A stretch of 49,304 nt of DNA from Dehalococcoidia bacterium (lineage in GTDB: Bacteria; Chloroflexota; Dehalococcoidia; Dehalococcoidales; Fen-1064). A program made the position numbers and the translations under genes. The stretch lies in NCBI GenBank assembly GCA_003162335.1, contig PMMG01000083.1:184-49487 (forward strand). Reading direction: 5' to 3'. Positions within the stretch are counted from its first letter, which is position 1. Every line of letters starts with the position of its first letter. Shown here piece after piece: positions 39,203 to 48,314 of the stretch. A model generated the notes under the pieces. That model saw only the letters and a list, made by a program, of their open reading frames with translations. It made no database searches and was not told the origin of the DNA.

Positions 39203-40204
39203 TTAAGAAATTCTTAAAACTGCCGCGGCCCGGATGTTGCCCTGTTTCAGTAACAGCAGCGCTTCGTTAGCCTGACTTAAATCAAATTCCTGTACTTCGG
39301 AGATAATGGGGATCTTCGCGGCCAGCGGGAGAAATTCTTCTGCGTCCTTGCGGGTAATATTGGCGACGCTTTTTATCTCTTTCTCATCCCATAAAAAACG
39401 GGAATAATCCATCGGTGGGATTATTGTGTTCTTGCGAATAACAGCAATGACCAGCCTGCCGCCCTTTTCCAGGGCATTAAGCGCCAGAGGAATGGTCTCT
39501 CCAGCCGGCGTAAAGTCAATGGCGCAGTCTACTTTCTGCGGGGGCACGTCTTCAGAGGTCCCGGTCCAATCGGCGCCCAGTGATTGAGCGAAGCGGCGGT
39601 GTTCCGTGCCGCGGGTGAAAACAAAAACCTTGCAGCCCTGGTATTTGGCCAATTGGATCACAATGTGGGCAGAAGCGCCGAAACCGAACAGTCCGAGGGT
39701 TTGTCCTTTTTTTATACCGGAAAGCCGCAGGTCGCGGTAACCGATAGCCCCGGCGCACAGCAGCGGTGCGGACTGGGCATCGGTGAAAATCTGGGGAATC
39801 GGATAGGCAAATTTTTCATTTATTACGGTGTATTCGGCATAACCGCCGTCGGCCTGGCAGCCGGTGCCAATAAAATCCGCACAGAGGTTTTCTTTGCCTT
39901 CCAGACAGAAATGGCATTTGCCGCATGCGGAGTGAATCCAGGCGATACCGACTCTATCACCGGTTTTGAATCTGCGGGAGCCCTTGCCGGAAGCGGTAAC
40001 GGTACCCACGATCTGGTGCCCGGGTATAACCGGCAGTTTAGTAAGAAGTCTGCCCTCGATCTCGTCCAGTTCGGTATGGCAGACACCGCAAACGGCGACC
40101 TTGACCAGTATTTCGCCGTCTTTGGGTTGCGGAACCGGTACATCGACGCGCTGAAGAGGTTTTTCTTCGACCGGAGCAATTTTATTAAGAACCTGGGCTT
40201 TCAA
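39203..40204 (-). CDS. Zinc-dependent alcohol dehydrogenase (MDR family).
   Basis: GVCHTELD catalytic-zinc motif, a structural-zinc Cys cluster (CGKCHFCLEGKENLC) and a GLFGFGASAH Rossmann motif. Confidence 0.85.
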   Translation of the reverse strand: MKAQVLNKIAPVEEKPLQRVDVPVPQPKDGEILVKVAVCGVCHTELDEIEGRLLTKLPVIPGHQIVGTVTASGKGSRRFKTGDRVGIAWIHSACGKCHFCLEGKENLCADFIGTGCQADGGYAEYTVINEKFAYPIPQIFTDAQSAPLLCAGAIGYRDLRLSGIKKGQTLGLFGFGASAHIVIQLAKYQGCKVFVFTRGTEHRRFAQSLGADWTGTSEDVPPQKVDCAIDFTPAGETIPLALNALEKGGRLVIAVIRKNTIIPPMDYSRFLWDEKEIKSVANITRKDAEEFLPLAAKIPIISEVQEFDLSQANEALLLLKQGNIRAAAVLRIS

Positions 40205-40352
40205 TTTGTCACCTGATTTATATGGAAAGTAAGAATATTATAGCAAAACGCAATAGCAGCGGAGATCGGAGTTATGTTTTAAGATTGACAAAATCTAATA
40301 ATTTGGATATTGTTTCACTAATAAGACTAACGGCAATATCGAGAAATAAAAC

Positions 40353-40676
40353 TTGAGAAAATTTGTAATTATTATTCCTGCTATCGTGTTTTGGGCGATC
40401 ATAGCTATTTCACTGGTTGTGTTTGCCGGCATAGGAATATCGATGCTGTATTTTCTGCTCAGCTATATTATTTTTGCGGTGATAATCCGTAACCCGGCAA
40501 TTCTTGAACGCGTTAGGGGCGAGAAATACACTGAGGAACAAAGAGCCCATTTATCAGAAATTACAAATTCGAATAATTACAGGATATTATTTATAGGTAT
40601 CTTGGTAATTTTTGTTATTTTAACGGTAATATTGCTGTTTAATAACTACCGGATGATTGATTTCATCGGTAATTGA
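40353..40676 (+). CDS. Hypothetical small membrane protein.
   Basis: Three hydrophobic helices. It lies in the gap between convergent and divergent genes. No homology is recognised. Confidence 0.3.
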   Translation: MRKFVIIIPAIVFWAIIAISLVVFAGIGISMLYFLLSYIIFAVIIRNPAILERVRGEKYTEEQRAHLSEITNSNNYRILFIGILVIFVILTVILLFNNYRMIDFIGN

Positions 40677-40815
40677 TCTTTATAACGACCTTTACAACGA
40701 AAATCGGTATCCGGAGTCACAAGATCCCTCTTGCAGGCCTTCTCTTGGAGGGGGCTTAAAAGATACCCTCATCCAAGCTTCTCCCCTGAAGGGACAAGGA
40801 AGAGTCTTTATGCCA

Positions 40816-41904
40816 CTAGACTGTCGTTTTCCCGACCGCGTCATAGAAAGCACGCCAGAAGGGATCGACAATGGGGTGCTTGAGCTTCTTTTCTTTGCCG
40901 TTCTCGACGAGAATCATGCCATTCTTCGCTTCAACCAATTCCCCGACGACGGAGGATTTAATGCTTTTCTTTGCCAGGGCTTTGACCACCGCTTCGGCTT
41001 TCTGCGGACGGCAGGATGCGATGAGGGTACCTTCGCTGATCGAAGCATAAGAATCGATACCGAAATAGTCGCAGATCTCCGGCACGCATTCCTCGACGAC
41101 GATGTCTTCTTTGACTATGCGTACGCCGAGACCGGCTGCCTGCGCTACTTCGTACAGGCCGCCCCAGATGCCGCATTCGGTGGCATCATGCATGGACGTA
41201 ATCCCGTTTTCCCGGACGCCGACTTTAACAGCGGTCATGGCGTCTTCCACTACAGACATTTTGTAGAACAGTTTTTGCGCTTTTTTACTGAAGGTCTTGC
41301 CGAACTTTTTCTCCAACAAAGCAGGGAACATTGTAGCGAAAATACCGGAGGCTTCGATTGCCGGGCCTTTGCTGATAATGATCTTATCGCCGGCTTTGGC
41401 CAGGCGCGGCGTGACATATTCGTCCAGTTCACCCACGCCGATAATTGTTGCTCCGCCGACCATTGGATAATTACAGTTTTCGTAGCGGGCGGTGTGTCCG
41501 GTGATCACAGTGACGCCCAATCTTTCGCACTCTTTGTGAATAGTATCCCACATAATGAGCAGCTGTTCTTTCGTCATGTCCATAGGGAGGTTCAAATCGA
41601 TGGAGAGGTATTTCGGTTTCAGGCCGCTGGTCACGGAATCGGACAATATAATGTGAATAGCAAACCAGGCTGCGCGTTCCCAGCCGTATTGCGGCACGAT
41701 GAACACCGGGTCGGTAGTAAAAGAAACGGCTTTATCGCCGATCTGCACGATGCCGACATCCACGCCGTGCTGAGGCCCGACAATAATATCTTTGCTCTTC
41801 GCTCCCAGGCGGGGAAAGATCACTTCGGTAAATATTTCCGGTGAAATTTTGCCGATTTCCGGCATTTCCGCACCGGGTGTTGTTTGCTTTTTCTGTCCTT
41901 TCAT
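40816..41904 (-). CDS. PurM-like (AIR synthase-related, HypE-like) protein.
   Basis: A PurM-fold pattern (VSFTTDPVFIVPQYG...AAWFAIHIILSDSVTSGLKP...VITGHTARY). It lacks both the SelD N-terminal Cys/Sec motif and the HypE C-terminal Cys. The start is taken at MKGQKK (41904), which has an AAAGGAG SD 5 nt upstream. Confidence 0.65.
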   Translation of the reverse strand: MKGQKKQTTPGAEMPEIGKISPEIFTEVIFPRLGAKSKDIIVGPQHGVDVGIVQIGDKAVSFTTDPVFIVPQYGWERAAWFAIHIILSDSVTSGLKPKYLSIDLNLPMDMTKEQLLIMWDTIHKECERLGVTVITGHTARYENCNYPMVGGATIIGVGELDEYVTPRLAKAGDKIIISKGPAIEASGIFATMFPALLEKKFGKTFSKKAQKLFYKMSVVEDAMTAVKVGVRENGITSMHDATECGIWGGLYEVAQAAGLGVRIVKEDIVVEECVPEICDYFGIDSYASISEGTLIASCRPQKAEAVVKALAKKSIKSSVVGELVEAKNGMILVENGKEKKLKHPIVDPFWRAFYDAVGKTTV

Positions 41905-42048
41905 GTTGCTCCTTTGGTTGAATAGTGAGTTCATATTCCTGAATTTTAAGTTGCCGGTTACGGGTTCAATATTGATATTATATCAAAAAGAAAATATGGG
42001 TAATTATTAACGAGCAAATCCCTCCCGGAGAGATAATGTCAGGCTGTT

Positions 42049-43068
42049 TCATCCTTTCCCGCTCAGGCCTTTGCCCTGGCTTAACCAGACCGCGGTTTTA
42101 ATTGCTTCGGCGATACTTTCCGCGTTGGCAATGCCTTTACCGGCGATATCGAATGCAGTGCCGTGGTCGACAGAAGTTCGCAGGAAAGGCAAGCCTAACG
42201 CGACGCTGACACTCTTTGCAAAGCCGTACACCTTGACTGGAATATGCCCCTGATCGTGGTACATCACCAGCACTGCGTCGAATTCACCGTTAATCGCGCG
42301 GTTAAATATAGAATCGGCGGGGAACGGCCCTCGGGCATCGATGCCTAGGCCGATGGCTGCTTGCACGGCCGGCGCGATTTCGTCGATTTCTTCGCGGCCG
42401 AACATCCCGTTTTCACCGCCGTGGGGATTGAGCGCCGCCACGCCGATGATTGGTTGGCCGAAGCCCCATTGTCGGAAAGAGGCATCGGTCAGTTTGAGTC
42501 GCTCCAGGATAAAATCCTTTTTCACCTTGTCGCAGGCATCCCGCAGCGAATAATGGGTGGTAAGGTGAACACACCGTAGATTGCCTGTAGCGAGCATAGT
42601 GGCGTATGTTTTTGTTTTAGTGACCTGCGCCAGGTATTCGAGGTGCCCCAGCCCTGTATAACCTGCCAGCATTGTAGCTTCTTTGTTGATGGGGGCATTG
42701 ACCATGGCGGTGATTTCTTTGTTCAAGGCCAATTGCAGAGCCGTTTCCAGGTATAACATCGAGGCTTTTCCGCACTCTGCTGAGACCTGCCCGATCTTGA
42801 CTTTGTCCCACTCCGGGATATGCATATCCAGAACATCGATTCTGCCGGATTTACCGGCGGCATCAGCGGCCTGTGCCACCGGATTCATAATAAAATGATT
42901 TTTAACGAGTTTTGTGGCCGCTTTAAGAGTATTACTTTCACCGATGACCAGCGGCCTGCACATACGATAAATTGACTGGTCAGTCAGCGCTTTGACGACT
43001 ACCTCCGGCCCGATACCGGCCGGGTCACCGATGGTGATGGCGATAATCGGTCTTTTTTCAATGGTCAT
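42049..43068 (-). CDS. pdxA: PdxA-family 4-hydroxythreonine-4-phosphate dehydrogenase-like protein.
   Basis: IAITIGDPAGIGPE at the N-terminus, and HLEYL...SVDHGTAFDIAG metal-binding motifs. The start is taken at MTIEKRP, which has a GGAGG SD 8 nt upstream. Confidence 0.75.
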   Translation of the reverse strand: MTIEKRPIIAITIGDPAGIGPEVVVKALTDQSIYRMCRPLVIGESNTLKAATKLVKNHFIMNPVAQAADAAGKSGRIDVLDMHIPEWDKVKIGQVSAECGKASMLYLETALQLALNKEITAMVNAPINKEATMLAGYTGLGHLEYLAQVTKTKTYATMLATGNLRCVHLTTHYSLRDACDKVKKDFILERLKLTDASFRQWGFGQPIIGVAALNPHGGENGMFGREEIDEIAPAVQAAIGLGIDARGPFPADSIFNRAINGEFDAVLVMYHDQGHIPVKVYGFAKSVSVALGLPFLRTSVDHGTAFDIAGKGIANAESIAEAIKTAVWLSQGKGLSGKG

Positions 43069-43138
43069 TTGTGCGCCTCCGTTTGCTGAAAACACTCTAT
43101 TAGCCTGCCTGCTGGCATTTTATTTTTATACTAATTAC

Positions 43139-43175
43139 AATTATAGCCTCTTCCATATGGAAAGAGGCTATAATT
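43139..43175. other. Near-perfect 35-nt palindrome centred on CATATG, lying between pat and pdxA.
   Basis: TTATAGCCTCTTCCATATGGAAAGAGGCTATAA. It is followed on the + strand by TTTTTC and on the - strand by UUGUAAUUAGU. Confidence 0.4.
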
Positions 43176-43211
43176 TTTCAATATTATATCAAATCGGTTT
43201 TTTTAGAGCAC

Positions 43212-45896
43212 CTAGAATTCGATGGTGGCTTTACATTCATCGGCGTCTACTGATTCGATGGCAAAGCCGAGACTGCGGGCCAGACCGACCATCTTGGCGT
43301 TATCTTTCAGAATGACGCCGTACATGCTCTTCAACCCTTTTTCCATGGCAATCCCGATCAGCATATCGGTGAGTTTATGGCCGAGGCCGATATCCTGAAA
43401 ATCGTCGGTAACCAGGGTCGCGAACTCGCCGTTCAGGGTGCCTGGCTGGAAGACCAGTCTGCCGACGCCGACATTCCTGCGCTTGCCATTTGTATTCGCT
43501 TCGGCAATGATCGCGATTTCACGCCCGTAATCGATATTGCAGAAACGGCTGAGCATATCGTGAGAGATGTCCTTGATGATATAGAAGAAGCGGAAGCGGG
43601 ATGATTCTGGGGAGAGCCCGGCGATCAGTTCGTGTTCCAGCGGTTCATCTTCCGGTCTGATGGGTCGGAGTAAGATCGACCGCCCGTCTCGGCAAGTCCA
43701 TTGTTGTACATAGCGCGTGGGATAAGGCGAAATGATCAGGTGCGAAAACTCGCCTGTGTCATTTTTCACGGCTTTCTCATCGATGATAATGCGCGCGTCC
43801 AATGCGATAACTCGGTCTCCGCTGACCACCAGCGGGTTGATATCCAGTTCCTTGATCTCGGGAAAATCGACGATCATGTTGGAAAGCCGGATCAGTGTTT
43901 CATCGAGCAATCTGAGGTTAACCGCCGGTTTCTTGCGGAAGCCTTTGGAGAGCATTTCATATATATTGGTTTTCGAGATCAACATCCGGGCCAGTCTCTG
44001 GTTAAGCGGGGGCAGGCCAACGGCAACATCTTTAAAATACTCGGTCTCGGTGCCGCCCTGTCCGAAAATAATAACCGGGCCCAATGTCGGGTCCTTTTTA
44101 CTGCCGATAATCAATTCATAATCGTACGTGGTGATCATCTGCTGGATGGTCACACCTTCGATCCGGGCTTCGGGGAATTGCTCTTTGATGGTGGTAACCA
44201 TTTCGGTAAATGCTTTGCGCACTTCTTCCGGGGACTTCAAGTTGAGCGCTACACCGCCGACATCTGATTTATGCGAGATATCCGGGGACTGTATTTTCAT
44301 CACGACCGGATAGCCCAGACCCGATGCCGAACTGGCCGCCGCATTGGCGTCCGAGGCAAAATGGGGGAGAGTAACATTGATGCGGTAGGTATTAAGGAAT
44401 TTCTTGGAGTCGTCTTCACTTAAAGTCAGTTTCCCGGCGCGGACAGCATTGCGGATAAGCAATTTGAGATGATTCTTGGGTGTGCCCATATCCAGCGGCA
44501 CATCTTCCGGTGTTTCGTAGAGATTTTCCAGGTTCCGCGCGTAGTGGTACATGTACATGTAGGTTTTAATTGCTTCTTCAGGGAACTCATAGGTGGGGAC
44601 TTTATTATCATAGAATACCTGACGGGCTTTTTCGACTTCTTTACTACCCATCATGGCAGTCAGAATCGGTTTGGTGCTCTTCTTGGCGGTTTTAGAGATT
44701 GCTTTTGCCAGATCTACAGAAGTAGCAACACCCTGCGGCGTGTAAATAATTACAATGCCATGTACCGCCGGGTCCTTTATTACTATATCGATGGCGCTGA
44801 CATAACGCTCGACGCTGGCATCTCCCAGGATATCGATCGGGTTGGATTTGCTCCAGTAAGTGGGCAAGACCTGATTCAGTTCGTCCATGGTTTGTTGACT
44901 CAGGGTGGCCAGTTTGCCGCCTCTGCCGATGAGTGCATCGGTAGTCAGGACGGCCGGTCCGCCGGCATTAGTGATGATCGCCAAATTTTGCCCTTTGGGT
45001 AAAACTGCGGTATCTAGAATGGAGGCGCAATCAAACAGGTCGCCGATTTGCTCAACGCGTACTACGCCGGCCCGGTCGAACACAGCATTGTAATAAGCAT
45101 CATCCCCAACCATGGCGCCGGTGTGGGATTTGGCAGCTTCCCGGCTTTCCTGGAATTTACCGGCCTTTATCACGATAATCGGCTTATTACGGGCAAAACC
45201 CCGGACCGCGCTCATGAATTTCCGCGCATTTTCCAGGGTATTACCAAGGGATTCAAGATAAATAATAATGCTCTTGGTTTGCGGGTCGACGCCGAAGAAG
45301 TCGATCAAGTCACCGAAATCAATATCCAGCATCGATCCTAATGAAACGAAAGCGCTGAATCCAATATCTCTGCTGACCGCCCAGTCCAGGACGGAGGTGC
45401 CGAGCGCGCCGCTCTGGGACAGGAAAGCGATTTTCCCCGGTTTTGTGCCCTTGCGGGCGAAGGTCGCATTCAGTCCGGTGCCGGGACGGATTGCCCCGAG
45501 GCAGTTCGGCCCCATAATGCGCATGCCGTACTTTCTGGCATATTCCATGATCTGTGTTTCGCGGTCCTGGCCTTTTTCCCCGGCTTCTTTAAATCCGGAT
45601 GAGATAATCAGTACGGCTTTGATGCCCATTATGCCGCATTCTTCCACGATCGAGGCAACTGATTCAGCTCCGGTCGCAATAATAGCCAGTTCCGGAACTT
45701 CCGGCAGGGCGGACAGTTTGGGATAACATTTGGTATCCATCAACTGTTCGTGTTTAGGGTGTACTATATATATATTACGCGAATCTTGCGATGAGAGCAG
45801 ATTTTTCAGAGTGACCTGGCCCACGGTGCCGGGCCGGTCGGTGGCTCCAAATAAAACCACACTTTTCGGGTCAAAAAACAGATTAATTGTGTCCAT
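43212..45896 (-). CDS. Pat-like protein lysine acetyltransferase: an ADP-forming acetyl-CoA synthetase (NDP-forming acyl-CoA synthetase alpha+beta) fused to a C-terminal GNAT domain.
   Basis: An N-terminal CoA-binding segment (VVLFGATDRPG), succinyl-CoA-synthetase-like and ATP-grasp regions, and a C-terminal GNAT (IAIIAEANTNG...VGVGRLV...LGHKLTDMLIGIA). Confidence 0.85.
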   Translation of the reverse strand: MDTINLFFDPKSVVLFGATDRPGTVGQVTLKNLLSSQDSRNIYIVHPKHEQLMDTKCYPKLSALPEVPELAIIATGAESVASIVEECGIMGIKAVLIISSGFKEAGEKGQDRETQIMEYARKYGMRIMGPNCLGAIRPGTGLNATFARKGTKPGKIAFLSQSGALGTSVLDWAVSRDIGFSAFVSLGSMLDIDFGDLIDFFGVDPQTKSIIIYLESLGNTLENARKFMSAVRGFARNKPIIVIKAGKFQESREAAKSHTGAMVGDDAYYNAVFDRAGVVRVEQIGDLFDCASILDTAVLPKGQNLAIITNAGGPAVLTTDALIGRGGKLATLSQQTMDELNQVLPTYWSKSNPIDILGDASVERYVSAIDIVIKDPAVHGIVIIYTPQGVATSVDLAKAISKTAKKSTKPILTAMMGSKEVEKARQVFYDNKVPTYEFPEEAIKTYMYMYHYARNLENLYETPEDVPLDMGTPKNHLKLLIRNAVRAGKLTLSEDDSKKFLNTYRINVTLPHFASDANAAASSASGLGYPVVMKIQSPDISHKSDVGGVALNLKSPEEVRKAFTEMVTTIKEQFPEARIEGVTIQQMITTYDYELIIGSKKDPTLGPVIIFGQGGTETEYFKDVAVGLPPLNQRLARMLISKTNIYEMLSKGFRKKPAVNLRLLDETLIRLSNMIVDFPEIKELDINPLVVSGDRVIALDARIIIDEKAVKNDTGEFSHLIISPYPTRYVQQWTCRDGRSILLRPIRPEDEPLEHELIAGLSPESSRFRFFYIIKDISHDMLSRFCNIDYGREIAIIAEANTNGKRRNVGVGRLVFQPGTLNGEFATLVTDDFQDIGLGHKLTDMLIGIAMEKGLKSMYGVILKDNAKMVGLARSLGFAIESVDADECKATIEF

Positions 45897-46109
45897 CTAC
45901 CATCCTTAGCTTTGAGCAGGGTTTACATATTCATGACATCAATAACCCACTATTATATAATAAGACTCACCCCTTGAAATGACAACTCCCATTTTCCTGT
46001 TGCATCCGGTTGTGCCTGCGTGATATGCTAGCTTAACTGCGTTTGCCGGTTTTTCCGGCTTTACCGGACAGCTGTGAAGCGAATAAAATAACAAGAATGG
46101 GCAGTGTAG

Positions 46110-47441
46110 ATGACTCATAATTGGAAATTTCCGCCAGATTATTATCAGCATTCGCAGGAAATGCTGGAAACCGCCCTCGATGTAATTCCGGCATACCGCT
46201 CATGGCGGGTATTTGACCCCGGCAAGAATTATCCTCTGGATGCGCGCTACCAGGTTATGCCGGCTTTAACCAAGAAAGATATCCGCCAGTTTTTTCCTGA
46301 GGGACTACTGCCGCCCGGTAAAAACATTCAAAACGGGTTGGAAAGCGGCGCAATCTCGTTTGTGAATACCAGTGGCACGACGGATGACAAAGTCACTAAT
46401 ATCTGGAATCAGAAGTGGTGGGATGTTTCGGAAAAAGCTTCTTGGAAGCTGAATGCGCATGCCGCTCGCCTGGCAACCGGCAGCCATCCCGAGGCCATTC
46501 TGGTCAATCCGTTGAATGTCGGCATTGCATCTGACACCGTCGACCTGCCGCTGGCGGAGCGTCGCTTGGCCAGATTCCTGTATATGAGTGAAAGGACGAG
46601 CTATTCCACGTGGACAAATCAGCACATGGACAGAATGATCCGCGAACTGGCGATTTTCCAGCCTGTGATTCTGGAAGCGAATCCGTCGTTATTGGCAAAA
46701 TTATGCCGTTATATTGATGAAAGCAAACAAAAGGTATTCCAGCCCGGATTGATTGTTTTAACCTACGAAAACCCGACCAATTTCCATTACCGGCAGATCC
46801 GGCGGGTGTTTAATTGCCCGACCGCCAGTTCTTACGGTACCACCGAGACCGGGTATGTCTTTATGCAGTGTGAAGATGGCAAATTCCATCAGAATACCGA
46901 ATTCTGCCGGGTGGATTTTCAGCCGTTGAAAAAAGAACACGGCGGTCCTTTGCTGGGCCGCATACTGGTCACTCCCTTTCATAATGAGTGGTATCACCTG
47001 GTGCGCTTCGATGTGGGCGATCTTGTGCGGCTGGACGAAACGGATAAATGTGGCTGCGGTAGAGATATCGGGATGATTGTATCTGCCACCGAGGGGCGGT
47101 TTGCCAATGTGACCTTAACCTGCTCGGGCAAACTGGTATCCTCCCGCGAACTGGATAATAATTTAAGCGTTCTGGATGGCATCGATGAATACAAACTGGA
47201 GCAGACCAAACCGGACAGTTACGAGTTGCACATCGCCAGCCGGGAACAGGATAAACAAAAGCTGGGGGAAACGGCGGTGGCAATATTAAAAGGACTCTAC
47301 GGCAGTGCCGCGAATATCACAATACTGCATGAGAGAATAATTGCCCCGGAAGTCTCCGGCAAATACCGGATCTCCAAAACACTATTCCCCTTAAAAATAG
47401 AGGATTATCTGGAAGAAAATCCTCTTAATACACAAAGATAA
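46110..47441 (+). CDS. PaaK/coenzyme-F390-synthetase-like adenylate-forming enzyme with an atypical P-loop.
   Basis: ANL motifs SYGTTETGYVF and FDVGDLVRLDE. The A3 P-loop is TSGTTDDK rather than TSGTTGKP. The SD is weak. Confidence 0.6.
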   Translation: MTHNWKFPPDYYQHSQEMLETALDVIPAYRSWRVFDPGKNYPLDARYQVMPALTKKDIRQFFPEGLLPPGKNIQNGLESGAISFVNTSGTTDDKVTNIWNQKWWDVSEKASWKLNAHAARLATGSHPEAILVNPLNVGIASDTVDLPLAERRLARFLYMSERTSYSTWTNQHMDRMIRELAIFQPVILEANPSLLAKLCRYIDESKQKVFQPGLIVLTYENPTNFHYRQIRRVFNCPTASSYGTTETGYVFMQCEDGKFHQNTEFCRVDFQPLKKEHGGPLLGRILVTPFHNEWYHLVRFDVGDLVRLDETDKCGCGRDIGMIVSATEGRFANVTLTCSGKLVSSRELDNNLSVLDGIDEYKLEQTKPDSYELHIASREQDKQKLGETAVAILKGLYGSAANITILHERIIAPEVSGKYRISKTLFPLKIEDYLEENPLNTQR

Positions 47442-47457
47442 TTGAGGTTAAGCAAAA

Positions 47458-48162
47458 ATGAGCGGTTTACAACCTGTTTATCTGTTAGCGGGAGGGAGAC
47501 CCCGCAATGCCCAAACTTTTAATCCACTGTTGCAGGCGGTGCTAAAGGAAAGCGGTAAAGAACATCCCACTATCGCCTATGTCGGCGCGGCCAGTGATGA
47601 AAACAAGGCTTTTTATCTGATGATGGCGGCGATGTTGAAAGGTGCGGGTGCGGGCAAGATTAGACATGCCGTACTTGCTCCGGCCAAAGCGGATGTCAAA
47701 AAGGCCAGGGAGATTCTGGAAACATCGGATATCGTATATATCAGCGGCGGCGATGTGGAACATGGGATGCAGGTGGTGCAGGAGAAGAACATCGCCGATT
47801 ATCTGGTCGGGCTTTATAAACAGGGCAAGCCGTTTTTCGGGGTGTCTGCCGGGAGTATCATGCTGGCCAAAGAGTGGATCCGCTGGCGCGACCCTGATGA
47901 CGATGCCACTGCGGAAATTTTCCCCTGCCTGGGCATCGCGCCGGTGATCTGCGACACCCACGGTGAAGCAGATGGTTGGGAAGAATTACAGGCATTAATG
48001 GCGCTGGAAAAAGACGGCACGATCGGCTGCGGTATTGTATCCGGCACGGCGATTAAAGTTTTCCCCGACGGCAAGATTGAGGCGTTTGGCGGCGCAATTC
48101 ACCCGTATTTAAAAAAGAATGGAAAAGTGGAAAGAATCGGAGATATTTTACCGGTAGTTTAG
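47458..48162 (+). CDS. S51-family peptidase (peptidase E / cyanophycinase-like, class-I glutamine amidotransferase-like fold).
   Basis: VYISGGD together with the nucleophile elbow FFGVSAGSIM, and a His further downstream. A GAGGT RBS. It lies 16 nt after the ligase gene. Confidence 0.65.
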   Translation: MSGLQPVYLLAGGRPRNAQTFNPLLQAVLKESGKEHPTIAYVGAASDENKAFYLMMAAMLKGAGAGKIRHAVLAPAKADVKKAREILETSDIVYISGGDVEHGMQVVQEKNIADYLVGLYKQGKPFFGVSAGSIMLAKEWIRWRDPDDDATAEIFPCLGIAPVICDTHGEADGWEELQALMALEKDGTIGCGIVSGTAIKVFPDGKIEAFGGAIHPYLKKNGKVERIGDILPVV

Positions 48163-48261
48163 AATAGGTTATCGAAACACTAAACAAATACAAAATGAAA
48201 ATTCCAAAATTAACAGGACTTTTATCCAGATTCTTTCGTTCGCCAAAATAAGCGTAACAAA

Positions 48262-48290
48262 AGGAGCTGCTTTTGAAAGCAGCCTCTTAA
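48262..48290. terminator. Bidirectional terminator between the convergent S51 peptidase gene and dapA.
   Basis: GCTGCTTT-TG-AAAGCAGC hairpin, with T-rich flanks on both strands. Confidence 0.55.
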
Positions 48291-48314
48291 ATTTTAAGCG
48301 TAATAATTTTGTTC

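Noticed and set aside
39584-40216. 210-aa plus-strand ORF.
   Set aside because: It is antisense to the Zn-dependent alcohol dehydrogenase, whose zinc-binding and Rossmann motifs are unambiguous.
40657-41844. 395-aa plus-strand ORF.
   Set aside because: It is antisense to the PurM/HypE-like gene, which has clear family similarity and an SD-supported start. The antisense product is low-complexity with no motifs.
40816-41904. Whether the PurM-like protein is selenophosphate synthetase SelD, given the nearby selenoproteins.
   Set aside because: It has no Cys/Sec-containing glycine-rich N-terminal motif of SelD (GxGCK/GxGUK), and no HypE C-terminal Cys. It is therefore treated as a generic PurM-like protein. 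selD must be elsewhere.
43701-45726. Several 130-190-aa plus-strand ORFs (43701..44267, 44469..45002, 45268..45726).
   Set aside because: All are antisense to the 894-aa Pat-like ACS/GNAT gene. They are the open antisense frames typical of a long GC-biased gene.
45939-46151. 70-aa minus-strand ORF in the pat / PaaK-like divergent promoter region.
   Set aside because: It overlaps the start of the PaaK-like gene and has no SD or recognisable features. It is more likely promoter DNA.
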